Below are positions 17,628-26,977 of a DNA stretch of 64,000 bases, in pieces (positions within the stretch are counted from its first letter, which is position 1; each line of letters starts with the position of its first letter). Origin of the DNA: Candidatus Poribacteria bacterium (lineage in GTDB: Bacteria; Poribacteria; WGA-4E; WGA-3G). The stretch lies in the NCBI GenBank assembly GCA_965205015.1, contig OZ242029.1, forward strand, positions 1,600,001-1,664,000. Reading direction: 5' to 3'. The notes below the pieces were generated by a model that had not been told where the DNA came from, did not search any database, and saw only the letters and a program-made list of their open reading frames with translations. The translations under genes and the position numbers were made by a program.

Positions 17628-18377
17628 GTGAGCGTTAGGAGTGCTATTTTGTCTGTTGTAAATACGGCGTTTTCAGAGTCGGACATCCATATCGCACCAT
17701 CTGTGATGTGTGCGGATCTCTGCAACTTGGAAGCTGATATTCGGGAATTGGAAACGGCTGGTATTAACATGCTACATTTTGACTTAATGGACGCGCATTT
17801 TGTCCCGAATATGCCGATCGGACTTGCACTTATTCAACAATTACGCGCAAAGACAGACGCTGCTTTTGACATTCACCTTATGGTAGAAAACAACGATTTC
17901 TTTGTCGATGCGGTCGCTGAGATAGGTGTTCAGCAGATTGCCGTTCACGTTGAGTCAGCAACGCATCTTGATAGAACGTTATCTCTGATTCAAGCACATG
18001 GGATCAAGGCGGGGGTAGCTCTCAACCCAGCAACACCGCTTTCTGCATTGGCTTACGTCCTGGAACGGCTTGACTTTGTACTGATTATGACGGTGAATCC
18101 GGGGTTTGCAGGACAGAAGTTGGTCCCGGCAACCCTCCGAAAGATCGCGGAATGTCGTGCTTTCTTGAACGAGCGCGGTGTCGATTTATCTATTGAGGTC
18201 GATGGCAACGTGAGTTTTGAGAATATCCCCAAAATGGTATCTGCGGGTGCAGATATCTTGGTCGGCGGAACCAGTAGCGTTTTTCAAAAATCGGGTTCAC
18301 GGCTTGAGAACGTTCAGCAGGCACAGAAAGCGATTGCACTCGGACTCGCAGAACGGAAAGACGGGGCGCAAGTATAG
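17628..18377 (+). CDS. rpe: Ribulose-phosphate 3-epimerase family protein
   Basis: Motifs IAPSVMCAD, HFDLMDAHFVPN, DIHLMV, MTVNPGFAGQ and IEVDG. Could instead be a hexulose-phosphate epimerase paralog given its neighbours. Confidence 0.85.
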   Translation: MSVRSAILSVVNTAFSESDIHIAPSVMCADLCNLEADIRELETAGINMLHFDLMDAHFVPNMPIGLALIQQLRAKTDAAFDIHLMVENNDFFVDAVAEIGVQQIAVHVESATHLDRTLSLIQAHGIKAGVALNPATPLSALAYVLERLDFVLIMTVNPGFAGQKLVPATLRKIAECRAFLNERGVDLSIEVDGNVSFENIPKMVSAGADILVGGTSSVFQKSGSRLENVQQAQKAIALGLAERKDGAQV

Positions 18378-18418
18378 GTACACCCTATGCGCAGGTTTTT
18401 GATGCTACCAAGATAGGA

Positions 18419-18530
18419 GCCTGCAACAATACGCAGAAACACCCAAGCAAAAACATGCAGGCGATTTTACGGAGAGGCACGTGAAGGTCTCTAACCGACT
18501 TGACCGACCCGCAAGGTAAAATAAGAAAAA
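18419..18530 (+). repeat. Dispersed repeat 'GCCTGCAACAATACGCAGAAACACCCAAGCAAAAACACGCAGGCG...CCGCAAGG..AATTAAAA'
   Basis: Near-identical copies at ~21449-21578, ~23610-23720 and, inverted, ~40858-40925; partial copy at ~59040-59125. Confidence 0.85.
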
Positions 18531-18532
18531 GA

Positions 18533-19582
18533 ATGGAAGCACTTGTCCTTCATGGAATTGGAGATTTACGATTAGAACAAATCCCAGTACCGCAGCTCGC
18601 TGAAGGGGAGGTGCGTGTCCGAATTGGGTTCTGTGGGGTTTGTGGTTCCGATATTCCGAGAATTTTTGTCAAAGGCACCTATAGTTTTCCAACGGTCTGT
18701 GGGCACGAATTCGCTGGTGTTGTTGATGCATGCGGTCCTGGGGTTGAGGATTTCGCGCCAGGAGATCCTGTCGTCGTCTTTCCATTGCTCTGGTGTGGCA
18801 GTTGTCCGGCGTGTGAACAGGGGAAATATGTCCAGTGCCACGATTATGACTATCTCGGTTCACGAAGCGATGGTGCCTTCTCTGAATTTGTCGTCGCACC
18901 GAGGACGAATTTGATACCTGTGCCGCGCGGCGTAACGTTGGAAGACGCATCAATGACAGAACCTGCCGCAGTCGCACTGCACGCCCTCTGTCGTGTTCAA
19001 ACCCCGCTCGTTGGAAAGATAGTCGCTATCTTCGGGGCTGGACCGATCGGGTTAATGGTAGCGCAATGGGCGAAAATCATGGGCGCAGCAGAGGTATTTC
19101 TCTTTGATATTGTTGCAGAGAAACTGGAATTGGCGAAGCGACTCGGTTTCGATAAAGTCTTCAATAGCACAACTGAAGGGTCTCCGATTGAGGTCGTGAA
19201 TGCACAGACTGATGAAAAGGGGGCACATGTTTGTGTTGAGGCAGCCGGAGTGCCTGTTACCTATCGGGATGCCTTGGGAAGTGTTGGACGCGGAGGAAGT
19301 GTCGTTTTACTCGGAAACCCTGCTGCAGATGTAACGCTGCCGGCGTCTCTTATCTCGCAATTGATGCGGCGTGAAGTGTCTATCTTCGGAACTTGGAATT
19401 CCGATTATAGTGCCGCAGGTAATGACGATGACTGGCGTACTGTGCTCCAAGCGATTGCCTCTGGCATGCTAATGCTTACGCCCCTAATAACGCACAAAGT
19501 TCCATTGGTTGAGGGTGCTGACATGTTACATAAAATGCGAGATAAAAGTGAGTTTTACGCGAAAGTTTTGATTCATCCGTAA
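18533..19582 (+). CDS. Zn-dependent alcohol dehydrogenase, galactitol-1-phosphate 5-dehydrogenase-like
   Basis: Motifs CGVCGSD, GHEFAG, structural Zn site CGSCPAC...C, and GAGPIG. Confidence 0.88.
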   Translation: MEALVLHGIGDLRLEQIPVPQLAEGEVRVRIGFCGVCGSDIPRIFVKGTYSFPTVCGHEFAGVVDACGPGVEDFAPGDPVVVFPLLWCGSCPACEQGKYVQCHDYDYLGSRSDGAFSEFVVAPRTNLIPVPRGVTLEDASMTEPAAVALHALCRVQTPLVGKIVAIFGAGPIGLMVAQWAKIMGAAEVFLFDIVAEKLELAKRLGFDKVFNSTTEGSPIEVVNAQTDEKGAHVCVEAAGVPVTYRDALGSVGRGGSVVLLGNPAADVTLPASLISQLMRREVSIFGTWNSDYSAAGNDDDWRTVLQAIASGMLMLTPLITHKVPLVEGADMLHKMRDKSEFYAKVLIHP

Positions 19583-19715
19583 GGAAAGACGAAAAACAGC
19601 GCCCCTATTTCTCTATAACCAAAACCCGTAGCCCGTAATGTAATGGAGGGCGGCGTTAAGAAAGGCACGTCGAAGTTGAAACCCGTGTCGTTTAACCGCA
19701 AGGAAAATTAAAAAT

Positions 19716-20774
19716 ATGAAAGCGGCTATACTTGAAAGTCTTGATAACTTGAGTGTGCAAGATGTCCCTGAACCCGAAATTGACGATGATGCCGCTTTGA
19801 TGCGCGTTGAATCCGTCAGTATTTGTGGCTCTGATGTTCGTATTCTCCATCACGGGAATCCGAGAGTCAAACCTCCGACTATCATTGGACATGAGAATTC
19901 CGGTGTCATCGTTAGAACGGGCAAAAATGTGACGCGCGTCAAAGAAGGGGATCGGGTTTCAATTGGTGCTGATGTTCCTTGCGGGCAATGTCATTGGTGC
20001 CGAGATGGTCTCGGAAACAACTGTGCCATTAATTACGCCATCGGTTACCAAATCCCCGGTGCTTTCGCAGAATATATGGAGCTTCCCCGTCTCGTTTTGG
20101 AGGAGGGACCGGTTACACCCTTTGATACGACACTCAGTTTTGATGAAGCCGCGCTTGCGGAACCGCTCGCTTGTGCTATCAACGGGCTTGAACTCGTCAA
20201 CATGTCTCTTGGGAAGACGGTCGTTATCATCGGTCTTGGACCGATCGGATGTATGATGATTGACCTCGCTCGGGTGATGGGTGCGACGAAGGTGATTGGT
20301 ATTCAACGCAGCAAACTCCGAATGGAAATCGCAAAGTTCTATGAAGCCGATGCTTATATCGCTTCTGAAGAAGAAGACGTGATTGAGAGATGCAAGGCGG
20401 AAACGGGAGGCGAGGGACCTGATATCGTTGTTACCACGTGTGCTTCTGTTGAGGCACATGAACAAGCGGTTGAAATGGTAGCCCACCGGGGATACGTCAA
20501 TCTGTTTGGTGGGTTGCCAAAGACGATGCGTCCGATGAGCGTCCTCTCCAATGTTATCCACTATAAAGAGTGTTTTGTGACAGGTTCACACGGCTGTGTG
20601 CCACGACACCATGAGTTGGCGGTCCGGCTCCTTGAAAAAGGTTTGGTCCGTGTGAAACCCCTCATCACACACCATTTTCCGCTTATTGAAATTGACAAAG
20701 CGTTTGAGGCAATGGAATCCCGACAAGGGATGAAGATAATGATTCATCCGCATCAGGAGGAGAAAAACACGTAA
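19716..20774 (+). CDS. Zn-dependent alcohol dehydrogenase, sorbitol/L-iditol dehydrogenase-like
   Basis: Motifs ICGSD, GHENSG, CGQCHWC...C and GLGPIG. Confidence 0.88.
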   Translation: MKAAILESLDNLSVQDVPEPEIDDDAALMRVESVSICGSDVRILHHGNPRVKPPTIIGHENSGVIVRTGKNVTRVKEGDRVSIGADVPCGQCHWCRDGLGNNCAINYAIGYQIPGAFAEYMELPRLVLEEGPVTPFDTTLSFDEAALAEPLACAINGLELVNMSLGKTVVIIGLGPIGCMMIDLARVMGATKVIGIQRSKLRMEIAKFYEADAYIASEEEDVIERCKAETGGEGPDIVVTTCASVEAHEQAVEMVAHRGYVNLFGGLPKTMRPMSVLSNVIHYKECFVTGSHGCVPRHHELAVRLLEKGLVRVKPLITHHFPLIEIDKAFEAMESRQGMKIMIHPHQEEKNT

Positions 20775-21289
20775 TGCACGATTTTGCACAATTTATCCGA
20801 GAAATACCCGACTTTCCGAAACCGGAGATTCTCTTTAAAGACATCACGCCACTTATAGGAAATGCAAATGCCTTTCATCGGGTGCTTGATGAGTTCGCGC
20901 TCCGTTATAAATCCGAGGCAATTGATGTAGTTGCTGGGACTGAGGCGCGCGGTTTCATTTTCGGTACAGCGCTCGCGTATCGATTCGGGGTCGGTTTTGT
21001 CCCTATCCGAAAAAAAGGAAAATTGCCTTACGATACGCACGAAGCCACTTATGATCTTGAATACGGGACTGATACGCTTGAAATTCATCAGGACGCGTTT
21101 CCGAAGCACAGCAGGATCCTGTTATGCGATGATATCTTAGCAACTGGGGGAACACTTGCTGCATCGGTCGATCTCATTGAAAAGCTGGAAGGTCACATCG
21201 TTGGGATCGCACTCTTAATTGAGTTAACTGAACTCAACGGCAGGGAGAAGGTCCCAAACCACGACATTTTTTCGCTCATTAAATATTAG
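20774..21289 (+). CDS. apt: Adenine phosphoribosyltransferase
   Basis: Motifs IPDFPKPEILFKDITPL, EARGFIFG, RKKGKLP, YDLEYG and the PRPP motif DDILATGGT. Confidence 0.96.
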   Translation: MHDFAQFIREIPDFPKPEILFKDITPLIGNANAFHRVLDEFALRYKSEAIDVVAGTEARGFIFGTALAYRFGVGFVPIRKKGKLPYDTHEATYDLEYGTDTLEIHQDAFPKHSRILLCDDILATGGTLAASVDLIEKLEGHIVGIALLIELTELNGREKVPNHDIFSLIKY

Positions 21290-21300
21290 GATTAACGCAT

Positions 21301-21373
21301 GCGCCTGTAGCTCAGGGGATAGAGCAGGGGCTTCCTAAGCCTCGTGTCGGGGGTTCGATTCCTCCCAGGCGCG
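21301..21373 (+). tRNA. tRNA-Arg (anticodon CCT)
   Basis: Acceptor stem GCGCCTG/CAGGCGC; D arm TAGCTCAGGGGATAGAGC; anticodon arm GGGGC-TTCCTAA-GCCTC; T loop GGTTCGATT. CCA is not encoded. Confidence 0.95.
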
Positions 21374-21578
21374 TTTTTAACGTTTGTGTCGTCAAAATCT
21401 GACCGTGATAACCGTGATGAAAGCGGGTTTTGATAGCACGCATCGGTAGCCTGCAACAATACGCAGAGATGCCCAAGCAAAAACACGCAGGCGGATATAC
21501 GGAAAGGAACTTCAAACTTGAAACCGACCTATCCGAACCGCAAGGTAAAATTAAAAAACCGCAAGGAATAATTAAAAA

Positions 21579-23525
21579 ATGTACAGATTCAGTATCTGGA
21601 AAATAGTTTTAATCCTCGGGGTCTTTCTGTTTTCCGTACTCTACCTCATTCCTACCCCGGATGACTTTTACAATCCCTTGTACGGAAACCTACCGCTCTG
21701 GATGCAGGAGAAACTCCCACCCTTTGAAGTCACTGAAGACAACACTTTGAAGGTAAATCTCGCAGATGTCGAGTACCCCGAAGGAATTAACTTCCAGGAC
21801 GCAACCTTTGAGCTTCAGGATGTCTTTCGAGTCCACTTAAGGAAACTTGAACTTGAAGAGACACGGGATTATGAGTTTGATACCACTGAGGCACGCGAAT
21901 TTTATGTGCGACTTCTCTCGGAGAATGCACGTCAGAACCCACGCGCAACACTTGACGGTTTACATCTATACGGTAGCCTCCCAACCGTCCTACGGCGACT
22001 CATACCCGATAACCGATTGAAATTAGGATTGGACCTCAAAGGGGGGGTCCACCTCGTTCTTGAGGTAGATTTGGAAACCTCCAAGGCAGAATTGCTCCGT
22101 GAACATACCCACTCGATTCCCGAACGGCTTCGCACAGACGATGTTTTATGCCGGGAAGTTAAACAGGTAGATGGACAAAACACACTCAACGTGTTCGTGG
22201 GAATCCCTTCCAGACTCCGGTCGGATGCTGATGAAAAGACAAAATATCTGGAGAAAGCCCAACGTCTCCTCAACGAAATCGAATTTTTTGAAGATGCCCA
22301 GATCGGTACCGAAACAGAAACGCAGACCACATATCAGTTAGCACTCAGTGAACGAGGTATTCAGAGGTATAGTGAGCAGGCGATCGAGCAGGTGCTGATT
22401 GTCTTGCGAAACCGCGTTGATGCATTCGGTGTTTCAGAACCCTCTATCCGACGAGAAGCGAATCACCCGAGAATTATCGTTGAACTCCCAGGTGCCAAAG
22501 ACTCCTCGAAGCCGCTGCAAATCGTTAAGACCATGGGCAGGCTCGAGTTTAAACTTGTTAAAAAATCACCGACGGGCGGGAGTTTGTGGAGCGGGACTTC
22601 GGATACACCGATCCCAGATAGTATCCCCGATGATAGTGAAGTCCGCTATCACTACGAAACCGGTAATTGGTACGTGCTTGAAAGCCCGGTTCTCCTGAGC
22701 GGTGACCGTATCAACGATGCTGGACCCTCTACAGGTAGAACCAGTTTTGACATCGTCGTTTCAATGAGTTTTGATAGTATCGGCAGACGCAAATTCGCGC
22801 AGGTCACAGGGGACCATGTTGGTGAACATTTGGCGATTCTCCTTGATGGAAAGGTGCAATCTGCGCCTGTTATCCAAGATCAGATTATCGGAAACGCCAT
22901 TATTCAAGGAAATTTCACCTATGAGGAAGCGAGTTACCTTTCCAATATCCTGAAAGCAGGCGCGTTTCCAGTAGGTGTTCAGATCGCTGAGGAACGGACT
23001 GTCGGTCCCACGCTTGGGCAGGAATCCATTGACGATGGCGTTCTCGCTGCACTTATTGGGTTGGGCGGGGTTCTCATTTTCATGGTGATTTACTACCGCT
23101 TATCTGGAATTGTCGCTATCATCGCGCTCGTCTTTAATATGTTCATCATCCTTGGGGCATTGGCAGGCTTCGGCGCGGCGTTGACGCTTCCGGGTATTGC
23201 TGGGCTTGTCCTGACGATCGGTATGTCTGTTGACGCGAATGTGCTCATCTTCGAGCGAATTCGCGAGGAATTACGGACCGGCAAAACCGTCTGGTCGGCT
23301 ATCACAAGCGGGTATCAACGCGCATTTATAACAATTTTAGATGCCAACCTTACGACGTTCTTTACCGCACTGGTCCTCTATCATTTCGGGACGGGTCCGA
23401 TTAAAGGGTTTGCGGTAACGCTCGGTATCGGTATTCTCGCGAGTATGTTCACGGCGATTATTGTCACACGCGAGATATACGGCTTGACTATTGGAAATAG
23501 AGAGGTGCAGAAACTCAGCATTTGA
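21579..23525 (+). CDS. secD: Protein translocase subunit SecD
   Basis: Motifs LGLDLKGG, RNRVDAFGVSEP, RIIVELPG, VGPTLG and GMSVDANVLIFERIREE. Confidence 0.96.
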   Translation: MYRFSIWKIVLILGVFLFSVLYLIPTPDDFYNPLYGNLPLWMQEKLPPFEVTEDNTLKVNLADVEYPEGINFQDATFELQDVFRVHLRKLELEETRDYEFDTTEAREFYVRLLSENARQNPRATLDGLHLYGSLPTVLRRLIPDNRLKLGLDLKGGVHLVLEVDLETSKAELLREHTHSIPERLRTDDVLCREVKQVDGQNTLNVFVGIPSRLRSDADEKTKYLEKAQRLLNEIEFFEDAQIGTETETQTTYQLALSERGIQRYSEQAIEQVLIVLRNRVDAFGVSEPSIRREANHPRIIVELPGAKDSSKPLQIVKTMGRLEFKLVKKSPTGGSLWSGTSDTPIPDSIPDDSEVRYHYETGNWYVLESPVLLSGDRINDAGPSTGRTSFDIVVSMSFDSIGRRKFAQVTGDHVGEHLAILLDGKVQSAPVIQDQIIGNAIIQGNFTYEEASYLSNILKAGAFPVGVQIAEERTVGPTLGQESIDDGVLAALIGLGGVLIFMVIYYRLSGIVAIIALVFNMFIILGALAGFGAALTLPGIAGLVLTIGMSVDANVLIFERIREELRTGKTVWSAITSGYQRAFITILDANLTTFFTALVLYHFGTGPIKGFAVTLGIGILASMFTAIIVTREIYGLTIGNREVQKLSI

Positions 23526-23720
23526 TGGTTATCGGTTGTCAGTCGTCAGTTATCAGTCACAAGAGACTTCAGTTAACCGAAAACCTCTTAACTGAAGACT
23601 CAAAATCAGCAGCCTCCAACAATACGCAGAAACACCCAAGCAAAAACACGCAAGCGACTCTTGAGAAGAGCGCATCAAAGTTCAAACTCACGTTGTTTCT
23701 CCGCAAGGTATAATTAAAAT

Positions 23721-24644
23721 ATGGAATTCCTTAAAAATACAAACTTCGATTTTATCAGTAAACACCGGAGCGGTTTTGTCTTCTCCGCCATAATTATCGT
23801 TATCGGTTTGGTTTTTCTTGTCATTCATCAGGGACCCAATTTCGGAATCGATTTCCGCGGTGGTGTTAAGATCCAAGCCAAGTTCAACAGAGCGGTTACT
23901 GAAGCCGAGTTGCAAGCCAAACTCACTGAAGTTGGCTATGAACGTGCCAAAATCCAGATAGATGCCAGTAAAAATGAGGCATTCGTCTCTATGGGGCATC
24001 GTCCTGAGTTTCAGCAGCAGGGCACAAGTGTGGGAAGAATTCTCACAGATGCTTTACTTGAAGGTGGCAATGGTTGGCAGGCACTCACTGGTGGGGTCAA
24101 TATCTCTGAAGTCGGACCGAGTGTCGGACGTGACCTTAAATTGGCGGCACTCTGGTCGGTGTTGGGTGCAATTGCTATTTTGTTGATATATATCTCTTGG
24201 CGATTTGAGTTCCGTTTTGCCATCGGTGCAATCGCCGCACTTGTCCACGATGTCCTTATTACCTTGGGTCTCTTTGCCGTTCTTTCAAAAGAAATTAATC
24301 TACCAACTGTCGCCGCATTCCTCACGATTATTGGCTATTCACTCAACGATACAATCGTCGTATTCGACCGAATTCGGGAAAATACACAAACCTTACGTGG
24401 CACTGACTACGTTGCAGTTTTGAACAGAAGCATTAATCAGTCCCTAAGTCGAACCGTTATTACCTCTTTGACAACGCTGTTTGTTGTTCTGGTTATCTTC
24501 CTCATCACCGGTTCAGGCGAGGAAATTAACACGTTCGCCTTGGCACTCATCGTCGGTATATTGGTAGGTACATACTCTTCAGTATTCATCGCGAGTCCGA
24601 TCCTGTATCTCTGGAACCGCGGACGACCGCAAGCAGAGGCTTAA
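23721..24644 (+). CDS. secF: Protein translocase subunit SecF
   Basis: Motifs GIDFRGG, VGPSVG, HDVLI, GYSLNDTIVVFDRIRE and GTYSSVFIA. Confidence 0.96.
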   Translation: MEFLKNTNFDFISKHRSGFVFSAIIIVIGLVFLVIHQGPNFGIDFRGGVKIQAKFNRAVTEAELQAKLTEVGYERAKIQIDASKNEAFVSMGHRPEFQQQGTSVGRILTDALLEGGNGWQALTGGVNISEVGPSVGRDLKLAALWSVLGAIAILLIYISWRFEFRFAIGAIAALVHDVLITLGLFAVLSKEINLPTVAAFLTIIGYSLNDTIVVFDRIRENTQTLRGTDYVAVLNRSINQSLSRTVITSLTTLFVVLVIFLITGSGEEINTFALALIVGILVGTYSSVFIASPILYLWNRGRPQAEA

Positions 24645-24651
24645 ACGTCGA

Positions 24652-25392
24652 ATGAAAGTATTGGTCTTCAGTCCTTACACGACGGGGCAAAAATATAAAC
24701 CCAATAATCTTCTTCGGGGTGAGGATTGCAGTTCGCCTGAGCATCTTGAGCGGCGCATAAAAGAATTATGTGGTTACAACGATGAGGGATGGTATCATGA
24801 AAGTCGAGACTACAGCGCGCCCGCTGGGGAGATGTTCACGGGACCTTTGAATACCCAATTACGGGCAGGCTTGAAACAAATTCGGGAACACGCGCAATAC
24901 GGTGAGACGACGCTGGATCTATATTTTCCGTGGTATTTCTGCCGCGTTGACGGGAAAAAGAGTCCAGTTAACGAAGAAGACCTTATCGTGCCTTTTGACA
25001 CTGCGCCACTTCACGAGCTTGAGGTTTTAGAATTTGGTGAGAGTGGCATCCCTGAACGGACGGTAGATTTAATCGAGCGTTACGACCTCGTTTTTTTATT
25101 ACTGAGACCCGACGATATTCTGTCACTACAACGCGTTTTTGAGGTGGAACGGACGACACCGCTGATTTTCTTACTCGCGCCGAGTCATAAGCACGTCGTG
25201 AACGAAGAATTGCCGAATTTCCACGTCGTTGAGACTGGAAGGGCTTTACAGAGAAGCCTTCGCACTACAAATTGGGCTCTAAAAGGGGTTGTGTTGAGAC
25301 GGTTGTGTGAAGCCGCCTGTCGTGATGGTTTTCATGTTTTTGAACAAATCAAACAAGACCCTCAGCAGCTGATTGAAATTGCACATAGGTAG
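24652..25392 (+). CDS. Hypothetical protein
   Basis: 246-aa ORF tightly co-oriented between secF and the sigma-54 activator. No confident family. Confidence 0.7.
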   Translation: MKVLVFSPYTTGQKYKPNNLLRGEDCSSPEHLERRIKELCGYNDEGWYHESRDYSAPAGEMFTGPLNTQLRAGLKQIREHAQYGETTLDLYFPWYFCRVDGKKSPVNEEDLIVPFDTAPLHELEVLEFGESGIPERTVDLIERYDLVFLLLRPDDILSLQRVFEVERTTPLIFLLAPSHKHVVNEELPNFHVVETGRALQRSLRTTNWALKGVVLRRLCEAACRDGFHVFEQIKQDPQQLIEIAHR

Positions 25393-25426
25393 TAAAGTAA
25401 AGAGTGTTGTAAAAGAACAAAAGAAG

Positions 25427-26863
25427 ATGAATCTTCCAATGCCCGTTATCAATGACAGTTCACGCCGCATTATCGGTGAATCCGCACCGATGCAGGCGGT
25501 TTTGCGTCAAGTCGCGCAGGTCGCGCCGACGAAAGCGACTGTCCTCATCACAGGCGAAACGGGTGTTGGCAAAGATGTCATCGCGCAGGCGATCCACGAA
25601 GGGAGTCCGCGTAAAAACCGCCCCTTTAAAGCCGTCAACTGCGGTGCATTTTACCAGGATCTCCTTCAAAGTGAACTCTTCGGGCATGAAAAAGGATCTT
25701 TTACGGGAGCAACGAGCCAACGACGGGGTGTGTTTGAACAAGCGGACGGCGGCACACTCTTTTTAGATGAGGTCGGCGAAATGTCGCCTGAAGTACAGGT
25801 GAAATTCCTGCGGGTCCTTGAGACACAGGAATTCACACGGCTCGGTGGCGAAAAAAATATTAAAGTCGATGTCCGAATTATCGCCGCCACAAATATTGAC
25901 CTTGCGACATCTGTGAGGCAAAAAAAGTTCAGGCAAGATCTCTACTACCGATTGAACCTATTTCGTATCCATATTCCACCCCTGCGCGATCGACGCGAGG
26001 ATATCCCGCTTTTCGTCCGTGCATTTATCACCGAGTTAAGCGCAGAACACGGTAAACCCATTACCGGCATCACCCAAGAGGCACTTAATTATCTCCAGAA
26101 TGCTGACTGGCTCGGCAATGTTCGTGAATTGAGGAATGCCATAGAGACTGCTATTATTCTCTCCACCACTGAAGAACTGCAACTTAAAGATTTCCCGATA
26201 GATCCGGAACCTGAACAAGTTTCGTTGCTTCCTGTACAAGTCTCTGGCACGCAACTCGCACCTACGCGGGTGGTTGACACAACCGACAACGACACTCAAC
26301 TGCTTGATGTAACTGGGGAAGCTTTACAAGTTGTTGATACGCCCGGTAATGCGATCGCAACAGAAAACATGGTGATTTACAAGACGATCTTAGGGCTTAT
26401 CCTCTCTGCAATTCGTCTGCTTGAACCAACCGCTACCGCGAGCGATGAGATGCCGTTTCTAATCCCAGATGAAGATACCAGTTGGATGCAACTTAGCGAA
26501 ACAGACGACGCCGCAGGTGTCCTCAAAAAAGCGTTGGAAGTGCTTTCAGCGATAGCCAAAGTGCTTGAGAATCGGGCGCAGAACGGAATTTTACCGATCG
26601 CTGCACCGATGGAACAACAGGGCGGTTCACAGGTGCCGGGCGAGTATCTACCCGTGCTTGACGATGAGGAGGTTATTGGCAGGGTCGGTATGACAATGGC
26701 AGAAATTGAGCGAGCGGCTATCCAAAAGACGCTCGCAGAAGTCGGCGGTAACAAAACAGAGGCGGCGAAAATTCTTGATATCGGTGTGCGCACGCTACAT
26801 CGCAAGTTGGACGCTTACAGACAGACGGCCGACGATTCAGATGATAACCTCAATCGGGCGTAG
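25427..26863 (+). CDS. Sigma-54-dependent enhancer-binding protein (AAA+ plus Fis-type HTH), no N-terminal sensor domain
   Basis: Walker A GETGVGKD, SELFGHEKGSFTGA, Walker B LFLDEVGE, FRQDLYYRL, WLGNVREL, and C-terminal GGNKTEAAKILDIGVRTLHRKL. Confidence 0.92.
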   Translation: MNLPMPVINDSSRRIIGESAPMQAVLRQVAQVAPTKATVLITGETGVGKDVIAQAIHEGSPRKNRPFKAVNCGAFYQDLLQSELFGHEKGSFTGATSQRRGVFEQADGGTLFLDEVGEMSPEVQVKFLRVLETQEFTRLGGEKNIKVDVRIIAATNIDLATSVRQKKFRQDLYYRLNLFRIHIPPLRDRREDIPLFVRAFITELSAEHGKPITGITQEALNYLQNADWLGNVRELRNAIETAIILSTTEELQLKDFPIDPEPEQVSLLPVQVSGTQLAPTRVVDTTDNDTQLLDVTGEALQVVDTPGNAIATENMVIYKTILGLILSAIRLLEPTATASDEMPFLIPDEDTSWMQLSETDDAAGVLKKALEVLSAIAKVLENRAQNGILPIAAPMEQQGGSQVPGEYLPVLDDEEVIGRVGMTMAEIERAAIQKTLAEVGGNKTEAAKILDIGVRTLHRKLDAYRQTADDSDDNLNRA

Positions 26864-26977
26864 CACTTTAATACTGCTTATACATATAATGTAAGTTCGG
26901 TAAAAGATTCTCCGTTGCCGCTAATGTCTCGTGTACTCTCGGGAACTCTTTAGCAATCTCTCATAACAAAGAAATTT

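Noticed and set aside
21301-21578. tRNA-Arg as an island integration site
   Set aside because: No integrase or duplicated tRNA 3' end was found; the downstream DNA is a dispersed repeat followed by secD.
24652-25392. Assigning the ORF to a DUF6884/YaaA-like family from 'PAGEMFTG'
   Set aside because: A single short motif is too weak without a profile search.
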